DNA from: an uncultured bacterium
GTDB lineage: Bacteria; Abyssobacteria; SURF-5
Direction of reading: 5' to 3'
Assembly (NCBI GenBank): GCA_964453435.1
Contig: CAYVQZ010000011.1
Location: forward strand, 9,235-73,234
DNA length: 64,000 nucleotides
The position numbers and the translations under genes were made by a program. Position 1 is the first letter of the stretch. Every line of letters starts with the position of its first letter. Under the pieces are notes generated by a model. That model was given only the letters and a program-made list of their open reading frames with translations, had not been told where the DNA came from and did no database searches. Below, piece after piece: positions 57,251 to 64,000 of the stretch.

Positions 57251-58192
57251 ATGGATCGCAAACTTGCCAAGCTTGAAAAACGGTTTCACAAGATAGCCAG
57301 CCAGTTGAACCGGTTTGACCTGCAGAAGCTGGGTTCCTCAGAGAACAGGCAAGTCACCCTTCAGGAAGTTGTGTCAGACCTTGAGACGCACGCAGGCTCG
57401 TCGCTTTTCATGGGCTACTATTCTCATGCCGGATTGATGGAAGTGATCGAGCGATACGGAATTGTGAGCACTCTCAAGAAGCTGGGGTTTTCCAATCTTC
57501 GCCTGCAAATCGACACGAACGACCCGTTTCGGCATGTCCTCCGTCTTTATTGGGAGCACGAAAACCCCGAGAGGCTGCTGATCGAACTCATCTTGCATGA
57601 AGGGGTGGTTTCGCCCAAGCACACTCGGGTGGAGGAGCAATATGACATCGTATTTATCGAATGGTTTTGTTTGCAGAATCCTTCCGCCGAGTTCCAACCT
57701 TCCAAGCCGCGGCTTCCGGGTCAGCAGAAACCTGGGTTGGGAATTGCGCCGGAAATGGTGGAGCTTCTGGTTATCATGGCCGAACGGCTGAAAAAGGACG
57801 GGGTGGTGAATATTCCCCGATACTACCACACGGCCCACATCGCTCATGCGGGGTTCTTCTTCATTGACCCTCGCAGCGAAGGCGTCATGAGGGCGCTCGA
57901 GCGGGATTTGCGCGGCCATTCGCTCGCCGAAGCGAGTTGGGCGGTCGAACTCGGACTCGTGTCCCGCCTGGGGGAAACTCATCCTTTCGTTTGGACGGGA
58001 GAAGAACAAGTGTACCCGATATCGGAAAAAATGAAAAAACACTTCGAGTCGCTCGACTACAAGGTTCGATGCCGCGAGTTCGAGCAGTTCACTGTTTTCC
58101 GTGTGAACTGGAATGAGTACCGGCATCGATACGAGGGCCGAGCGGGCCATCCGGAACAAGAAACCAAAGAATTCAATTCGCGAGGAGAGTGA
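57251..58192 (+). CDS. Hypothetical protein, 313 aa, no family recognised
   Basis: The ORF follows pssA with a 31-bp gap and has neighbour-like codon usage. No recognisable motifs. Confidence 0.4.
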   Translation: MDRKLAKLEKRFHKIASQLNRFDLQKLGSSENRQVTLQEVVSDLETHAGSSLFMGYYSHAGLMEVIERYGIVSTLKKLGFSNLRLQIDTNDPFRHVLRLYWEHENPERLLIELILHEGVVSPKHTRVEEQYDIVFIEWFCLQNPSAEFQPSKPRLPGQQKPGLGIAPEMVELLVIMAERLKKDGVVNIPRYYHTAHIAHAGFFFIDPRSEGVMRALERDLRGHSLAEASWAVELGLVSRLGETHPFVWTGEEQVYPISEKMKKHFESLDYKVRCREFEQFTVFRVNWNEYRHRYEGRAGHPEQETKEFNSRGE

Positions 58193-58196
58193 GCAA

Positions 58197-59339
58197 ATGA
58201 GTGGGGGTTCCCGTTGTCAACTCATTCGTGCGGCGGTATTGCTTGTCAGCATGGTTGCGATCTATGGATGCGCATCCTCGAACTCGCATTCGTCCGCGAC
58301 GACATCACAGCCGCAGCCATTTTCTCAGCTTGCCGACCGTCACCCCATCGTTTTGGTTTGTCCGGTCGACTACCTGACCAACGATGAAAAGGTTGCTCAA
58401 CTCAGTCTTGCGATGGCGCCCCTGCTTCGGCGAAACCTCTTCTGTGTTCAACAAATAAGCGTCATCCCTGCGGCGGACACGAAAATATCCGGCAAACCAT
58501 ATTTTTTAACCGGAGACGGCCTCGAGCGTATTGCTCGCAGCCATGGCGCAGATATCGTTCTTCTTGGAATGATGCGTGGCGACAAGACCGAAATAAAGGT
58601 CGAGCTGGCGGCGTACGACGCGAAGTCGGACTATTTTGTGTTCAGGACCGAAGTCAGAGGCAAAACATCAGAAGTCGCCAAAATGCAGCGGCAGTTGACC
58701 TATGATTTTGTCAACGGTCTCGGCATCGTGCTTTCGGAGGAAGAAGAGAAACGCTTGACATCGAGCACTCCCAGAAAACTCGAGGCCATACTGGAGTACG
58801 GCAAAGGATTGCGGTACGAGCAGAAAGGAAAATTGACGGACGCCCTGATCGCCTATGGGAACGCCGTTGACTCGGATCGACGCCTGGCCGTTCCGTATGC
58901 CGATGAGGGACGAGTTTACAAGGAATTTAACGCGCCGCTGAGAGCAATGCAATCATATGAAAATGCAGTGGGAAAAGATGAATTTTTTGCGGAGGCCTGG
59001 TACCAGTTGAACCTCTATGCAGCCGAGTACAAAGACAATTACGAAATGGCGAAACGCTGCTGCGAGAAAGCCCTCGAAATCGCTCCTCGTTTCGGTAAGG
59101 CGCGGCTCAGCCTTGGGACTCGGCTGTATGCGCTCGGTGACCTCTCTCAAGCCATCGAAGAAACGGAGGTGGCTTTGGAACTGCTGCCCGTCGATCCCTT
59201 GCCTCGATACAATCTGGGTGTCTATTACCTCGAGGCTGGGGAAACGGACGAAGCGCGAAAGTGGTTCGAGGAAGCCCTGAAAATCAATCCCCGGTTCTCG
59301 CTGGCGCTTTCGGAATTGGAGAACCTTCAGGGGAAATAA
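58197..59339 (+). CDS. TPR-repeat lipoprotein
   Basis: From ATG 58197: MSGGSRCQLIRAAVLLVSMVAIYGCASS, a signal peptide with a lipobox. Multiple C-terminal TPR motifs (AYGNAV, AWYQLNLYAAEY, ALEIAPRF, LGVYYLEAGETDEARKWFEEAL). Confidence 0.6.
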   Translation: MSGGSRCQLIRAAVLLVSMVAIYGCASSNSHSSATTSQPQPFSQLADRHPIVLVCPVDYLTNDEKVAQLSLAMAPLLRRNLFCVQQISVIPAADTKISGKPYFLTGDGLERIARSHGADIVLLGMMRGDKTEIKVELAAYDAKSDYFVFRTEVRGKTSEVAKMQRQLTYDFVNGLGIVLSEEEEKRLTSSTPRKLEAILEYGKGLRYEQKGKLTDALIAYGNAVDSDRRLAVPYADEGRVYKEFNAPLRAMQSYENAVGKDEFFAEAWYQLNLYAAEYKDNYEMAKRCCEKALEIAPRFGKARLSLGTRLYALGDLSQAIEETEVALELLPVDPLPRYNLGVYYLEAGETDEARKWFEEALKINPRFSLALSELENLQGK

Positions 59340-59412
59340 GCGGCGGTTCGCTCTGATTTTTCCCTTCCTGACCACGATTCCGGAATTCACACCCGCCTCT
59401 GCGACGTTTCTT

Positions 59413-59431
59413 CTCCTGTGGCCACAGGGGA
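59413..59431. terminator. Palindromic hairpin CCTGTGGCCACAGG between convergent genes; possible bidirectional terminator
   Basis: Perfect 14-nt palindrome in the 160-bp convergent intergenic region. No strong T-tract on either side. Confidence 0.3.
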
Positions 59432-59498
59432 CCCGAAACGAACGCATGAGTATCACATCTGCGCCTGGCAAAACAAGTGAGGGGAACGAGGGAAACGG

Positions 59499-61193
59499 CT
59501 ACTCGAACGTGAACTGAATCCATTCGCTCCAGCAGCGGGGATGCGTGTCCGGCGAAATTCGGCAATGCCAGGGATTGCGCACCGCCAGCGCATTCCAGAT
59601 TTCGCGCGAATAGGGGCCGAAATCTCTCCGGTTGCCATACGTTATGAAGGAACCCGTCAAATAGTGAACGCCCTTGCCGATTTCATACTCGATTATGTAC
59701 GTAGTGTCCGGGCTCCCCGTCCACGAGGAGCGGACCATGCCCTTTCTCTCGCCGTAGCGAAGAACGGCGCCGTCGTACGGAAAGATGATTTCCGGGCACG
59801 ATGCCTGGAGGGCGCCTGTCACAGACGCCGAGGCGCGGGCCGATATGGAGTTTTTTCTGACCCGGTTCTCTCGCTGCCATTCCTCCAAAAGGGTGAGGAG
59901 CATCGAGGCGGTTTGCGGATTCTCGGCGGAAACGTCCTGAAACTCTCTGGGATCAAGCAGCAGGTCATACAACTGATAGGTTTTTCCCTCCGGACTTTCC
60001 GTTTCAATGAGTTTCCAGCTATCAGTGCGAATGCATCTCAAACGTGTTTTTGCCATCTCCTCCGTAGCCTGGAAACCGCCATAGACCGTCTCGGCAAACA
60101 CGGGCAGGCTCGCATGGTGTTGCTGTTGATGGTCGAGGAGCAGAGGCGCCAGGCTTCTCCCCTGGACTCCTGCCGGAACGGGTAACCCCACGATACCGAG
60201 AACGGTCGGCATGATGTCGACTTGCTGAACCTGTTCACCAGTTTCGAAACCTCCCGGCAAATAACCGGGCATACTGATGATAAGGGGAATGTAGATGATT
60301 TCGTCAAAGAGTGTCGCCGAATGCGTCGTTGACGCATGGCCGACGAACCCATGGTCCAGCAACTCTTCACCATGGTCGCTCGTTATCACGATGAGAGTGT
60401 TCGAAAGCAGGCCATACCTGCGAAGCCGTGTGTACAGACGGCCCACAAACGAGTCCAGCTCCCTCACCTCGGCATCGTATAAATCAATGATAAACGGACG
60501 GTCGGTCGGCTCGAATCTGACCGTCCCCACCGGTATCGTCGCGGCGTCCGAAAGCACCGCTCTCACTCCGGGCGACAATTGTCCTTCTTCCTTTATTTCG
60601 GAAAGAAACAACGAATGGGAGACGTCTTTCGGTTTATAGGGAAGGTGCAGGTCGCGGTAATGATAAAAGATGAAGAATTTCGAGTCGTGGTTCTCGTCAA
60701 GCCAGCGCAAAAGTTCGTCGCTGTCGTCCTCAGCGAAATATCGCTCCTCGACCGGACCGATTCCCATTGTCGAGAACTCGGGCAGGGTAAACAAAAAGCA
60801 AATATTCGGCACGACATACCCCTCTTTGCGAAAACAATCAATGACCGTCGTGATGTCGGTATCGAGTAAACGGCCCCGCTCCTCGATTTGGTGTACGGGA
60901 GGCTGCAAAGACGTCAGTATCGACATGATGCCCGGAATCGTCCACGCGGATTGCGCGAATACCCGCCGAAACAAGTGCCCTTTCTGCGCCAGCATGTCAA
61001 TGTTCGGACTTGTATTTCGCCTGTATCCGTAACAGCCAAGGTGGTCGGGCCTGAGTGAATCGACCGTCAAAAGGATTACGTTCACATCCTGCGGCCTTCG
61101 CATGAGGAAGGGGGGCGAGTTCACGAGGAGCAGCAGGGCCGCCAGAATGAGCACGACAAACAGCCTGGACTTTTTTCCGAAATAGTCATTCAT
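59499..61193 (-). CDS. Sulfatase-like hydrolase/transferase, alkaline-phosphatase superfamily, membrane-anchored
   Basis: 564 aa. N-terminal transmembrane/signal segment. VILLTVDSLRPDHLGCYGY metal-binding N-terminal motif of the sulfatase/AP superfamily. Lacks the CxPxR formylglycine motif. Extra C-terminal ~130 aa. Confidence 0.7.
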   Translation of the reverse strand: MNDYFGKKSRLFVVLILAALLLLVNSPPFLMRRPQDVNVILLTVDSLRPDHLGCYGYRRNTSPNIDMLAQKGHLFRRVFAQSAWTIPGIMSILTSLQPPVHQIEERGRLLDTDITTVIDCFRKEGYVVPNICFLFTLPEFSTMGIGPVEERYFAEDDSDELLRWLDENHDSKFFIFYHYRDLHLPYKPKDVSHSLFLSEIKEEGQLSPGVRAVLSDAATIPVGTVRFEPTDRPFIIDLYDAEVRELDSFVGRLYTRLRRYGLLSNTLIVITSDHGEELLDHGFVGHASTTHSATLFDEIIYIPLIISMPGYLPGGFETGEQVQQVDIMPTVLGIVGLPVPAGVQGRSLAPLLLDHQQQHHASLPVFAETVYGGFQATEEMAKTRLRCIRTDSWKLIETESPEGKTYQLYDLLLDPREFQDVSAENPQTASMLLTLLEEWQRENRVRKNSISARASASVTGALQASCPEIIFPYDGAVLRYGERKGMVRSSWTGSPDTTYIIEYEIGKGVHYLTGSFITYGNRRDFGPYSREIWNALAVRNPWHCRISPDTHPRCWSEWIQFTFE

Positions 61194-61785
61194 GGCGCGA
61201 AGGCTCAGTCGCTGAATTGACCCTTAGTAAGAAACCGACAATAAAAACCCCTAATGCGGAGGCCAGAATATTCGTCGCGACATCCCGTATCTCGAAAACA
61301 CGATTCGGCAGAAAATGTTGGACGGTCTCATCCACCAAACCGAATACCGATGCGCAGAGGAATCCCAATGCATATGAAGACGCTTCCGAAAAGTCGTGGC
61401 GGAACGCGCGATAGAAAAGAAAGGCAAGGAATCCATACTCCAGAAAATGAAGGCGCTCCGCCGGGAAGCGGTTCAGGTTCGTCATGGCGTAGAAATAGAT
61501 AAAGGCAAAAAGCAAAAGCAGGCAGACATCAATCGCCCCGAGTCTCCGCCGACTGTACGCAATATAGGCGACAACGCAAAGGAGGGCAGCGATGAGGGTC
61601 GCGTATCCGATGCTGTTCAGCATCGGCCCTGCCATGTCCAGCAGCCTTTTCCACAGGACCGGCGTGAGGGGAAGCGAAATAAGAATGCAGAGAACCATTG
61701 CAAAGACATAAATCCATGCGCGTACCTTCGTTGATTGTCGGCCTGTCCTGTTCTCTGCGGGGATTGCAATCGTGTGGAGCCTCAA
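61186..61785 (-). CDS. VanZ-like family membrane protein
   Basis: 199 aa. Four or five transmembrane helices. Conserved VanZ motif LVDETVQHFLPNR. Overlaps the sulfatase-like gene by 8 nt. Confidence 0.6.
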   Translation of the reverse strand: MRLHTIAIPAENRTGRQSTKVRAWIYVFAMVLCILISLPLTPVLWKRLLDMAGPMLNSIGYATLIAALLCVVAYIAYSRRRLGAIDVCLLLLFAFIYFYAMTNLNRFPAERLHFLEYGFLAFLFYRAFRHDFSEASSYALGFLCASVFGLVDETVQHFLPNRVFEIRDVATNILASALGVFIVGFLLRVNSATEPSRHE

Positions 61786-63998
61786 AACCTCAGAATCTCT
61801 CTTAGAAAAACCTTTCTTTCCTGCCCTTTCAAAATCCGGATGGTGAATACATTAAGTCCCTTGTCGAGAGGCAGCGTCACGGAAAACCCGCCCCGCGCAT
61901 CCACTGTCGCTCGAGTTCCATTAACCTCAACTAGACATCCCTCCTCGACCGCCCCAAACACTCGGACCTTCTCAGTGTCAGTGTACTGTTTTTCTTCGGG
62001 CTCCGTCAACACCAGCGCCGACGGCTTGCCCATGAGGTTCAGGGTCTCCTCTATCACCTGTTCACGGACCCGTTCAATGGTTCCCGGTTTTCGGAAAAAG
62101 TTGCTCAAAACCAGCGACTCGTTGTTGGTCCCTGTCCTCAGCGCACGGTCGGAGATGAGGCGTCGGCACATCTCTCTCACCCGCCTGGAGCCAATATCTC
62201 CAAGGCGCTCGGCGTTGAGTGCGCCCTGCAGGTTTTCAATCTGCTGTTGCATCAGGAACAGCAGTTCCATATCTTCGAATCCCTCGCGGAGCAACTTGAG
62301 CCGGATCGAGGGCATCGGTCCCTCGTCACCCGGATAAACGAGAACTCCCTCCCCGTTGCCGAAATGCGAAATGAAGGGGTCGTCAATCGGCTGCGTCCAG
62401 TTTGCCGACTCCCAATGCAAGAAGCCGGTAATCCCGCACAGGCGCTGGAGCCAGGGAATGATTCGGAATGCCGTGGGCGCATCCTCAATATGGAGGGTGG
62501 GAACAGGTCTGACGGCTCCCGCGGTATACCACCACACATCGGCTCCCGCAGCCAACCGGTTTCGGACTAAATCAAAATACTGTTTTCGATCTCTGAATCC
62601 ATGGGGGAGACCTTCCGGGAGGAACCGCATATGCACGCACCAGATGTCCACGGCGTCGAGGAGCAGGTCATCGGGAAAACATGTGACCATGAAAGCGGGA
62701 GGCGGCTGCAAGGAATCGAACGCCTGTCCGAGGTCCTTTATGACGCCGTATTGATGGTAGGTCGGTTCATCTATGAAATAAACGAACAACTTACCCAGCC
62801 AACCGCCTTGGTCAGCAAGGTTGACTGCGCTCTGTAAACGAGGGTCGCTCGGCAAAAAAGGCAGCCTGCAGCCGGAAACGCGTTCGTCTCCCAGGTACCG
62901 CGCGGCTTCCACCGAATGAACCGGGACGGGAGGCTGAAAAGGGGATAGTCTGTGTTCAACCAGGAACCAGTAAAAGGAGTCCTTTAGCCGCCGGCTGTCC
63001 TCGAAGCCATAGTGTTGGTCGACCAAATCGTAGTTAAGCCCGATAACCGCGGGGTGCGATGACTTTCTTGGAACCATGAGCGGAACTACCCGAAGCCGGA
63101 GCGGCATTTCCGCGACAACTTCGTCCCCGCCGGATATCACAATCCGTGACGAAAAAATGCCGGTCGGAGCTTGTTCGGGCACCAAAACATCCATCCACAG
63201 GCGCACGAGTTTTCCGGGTTCGGCATCGAATTGCGTGGCTTCACGCAGCGCATTCGGGTACAGGCCATGCCGTTCGGCTGCCAGTGGGCTCGAAATGCGC
63301 GTGTCCTCTTGCAGGTACGCTGCAGTTTGCGCAGACCAGTGCTCTCCGTCGTCCGAATCAAACGGAAGAACGTGAACCCGCAATCCGGCGTGCGGAGTTG
63401 TCACTGAGAGAGCCAACTGGAAGGTCTCGTGTTCGTTTCGTGCTGCCGTAAGGGTGACGGGAGCGCCGCGGCACGGCTCTCCACCGTCTTGATAAAGTCG
63501 TCGTGTGCTTTCGGCCCACAGAATACGGGCATGCGGACGCGGCGCCGAGATGTCTTCGATCGCTCCCCGCTTCACGACCTCGGCAATTTTCTTCGAGGCG
63601 TGTTCGGAAGAAAGCAGCCCGGCATCGAGTTGTTCAACGATGCGAGAAATTTCCGAAAGCGCCGGCCCCGTGTTTGCACGAAGGGGGAAGACCTCCGCAT
63701 TCTGTGCCGCTGCAACAAGCCGGGGATAAGGAATCGAGTGGTTCCGGACCGACTTCTCCACCTCTCGGGCTGCGCTCTGCACAGGATGGATGAAAAGCAT
63801 CTTTTCGGCCAGCCGGGAATATCGTTCAGAACCGTAGAAGAATTCGAGAAACCGGAGCGCTGCCCTTTCCCTGCCGGGTTGTTTCGAGACGACGAAGAGA
63901 GGGCTGTGGGAGAGATATGTGAGGGCGGGACGGGAATCGGAAGGCGCCTGAGAAACGGCAAGGGGCAGGGACGCTGTCTCAAGGAGATGCGCCAGCAT
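61782..63998 (-). CDS. DUF4091 (glycoside hydrolase 123-like) domain protein; N-terminus may extend beyond the window end
   Basis: At least 738 aa. The C-terminal half carries the DUF4091 signature WESANWTQPIDDPF...GNGEGVLVYPG. Overlaps the VanZ start by 4 nt. The ORF is open to within 2 nt of the window end. Confidence 0.5.
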   Translation of the reverse strand: MLAHLLETASLPLAVSQAPSDSRPALTYLSHSPLFVVSKQPGRERAALRFLEFFYGSERYSRLAEKMLFIHPVQSAAREVEKSVRNHSIPYPRLVAAAQNAEVFPLRANTGPALSEISRIVEQLDAGLLSSEHASKKIAEVVKRGAIEDISAPRPHARILWAESTRRLYQDGGEPCRGAPVTLTAARNEHETFQLALSVTTPHAGLRVHVLPFDSDDGEHWSAQTAAYLQEDTRISSPLAAERHGLYPNALREATQFDAEPGKLVRLWMDVLVPEQAPTGIFSSRIVISGGDEVVAEMPLRLRVVPLMVPRKSSHPAVIGLNYDLVDQHYGFEDSRRLKDSFYWFLVEHRLSPFQPPVPVHSVEAARYLGDERVSGCRLPFLPSDPRLQSAVNLADQGGWLGKLFVYFIDEPTYHQYGVIKDLGQAFDSLQPPPAFMVTCFPDDLLLDAVDIWCVHMRFLPEGLPHGFRDRKQYFDLVRNRLAAGADVWWYTAGAVRPVPTLHIEDAPTAFRIIPWLQRLCGITGFLHWESANWTQPIDDPFISHFGNGEGVLVYPGDEGPMPSIRLKLLREGFEDMELLFLMQQQIENLQGALNAERLGDIGSRRVREMCRRLISDRALRTGTNNESLVLSNFFRKPGTIERVREQVIEETLNLMGKPSALVLTEPEEKQYTDTEKVRVFGAVEEGCLVEVNGTRATVDARGGFSVTLPLDKGLNVFTIRILKGQERKVFLREILRF

Positions 63999-64000
63999 TT

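Overview
GC-rich (~58-60% by eye) chromosomal window from a diderm bacterium, dense in housekeeping genes. The ADP-heptose/LPS-core genes and a signal-peptide beta-barrel protein indicate an outer membrane. High GC produces many long antisense shadow ORFs in the six-frame track; I called genes by recognisable protein families and motifs and rejected the shadows.

Recognisable operon blocks:
- gap-pgk.
- rpsO-pnp-M16 peptidase.
- dut, then ftsK.
- rimO-pgsA-pgpA-cinA/pncC.
- dnaE.
- An LPS inner-core/ADP-heptose operon: lpxL-like acyltransferase, hldE, gmhB, B12-binding radical SAM, GT9 heptosyltransferase.
- tryptophanase.
- PBP1A.
- An enolase-superfamily (mandelate racemase/muconate-lactonizing family) gene.
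- glgA with an amidohydrolase.
- A two-component pair: sensor kinase with periplasmic solute-binding domain plus NtrC-type sigma-54 regulator.
- rpmE-prfA-prmC-radC-psd-pssA.
- A DUF4091/VanZ/sulfatase-like operon at the 3' end.

The most unusual observations:
1. Five intergenic copies of a previously unrecognised mosaic, MITE-like repeat family. It is built from shared modules around the perfect palindrome GGGACAGTCCC, with terminal inverted repeats of the form CTGTCCGA(T/C)AATT. Two of the copies bracket an orphan FHA-GAF histidine kinase.
2. A polyamine theme: a fused MFS/spermidine-synthase protein plus two divergent deoxyhypusine-synthase (DHS)-like paralogs. One of these is embedded in the heptose/LPS-core operon, immediately upstream of hldE, with the B12-radical-SAM enzyme three genes further downstream. 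This suggests an undescribed LPS or polyamine modification module.

No rRNA, tRNA or CRISPR arrays were detected by eye.
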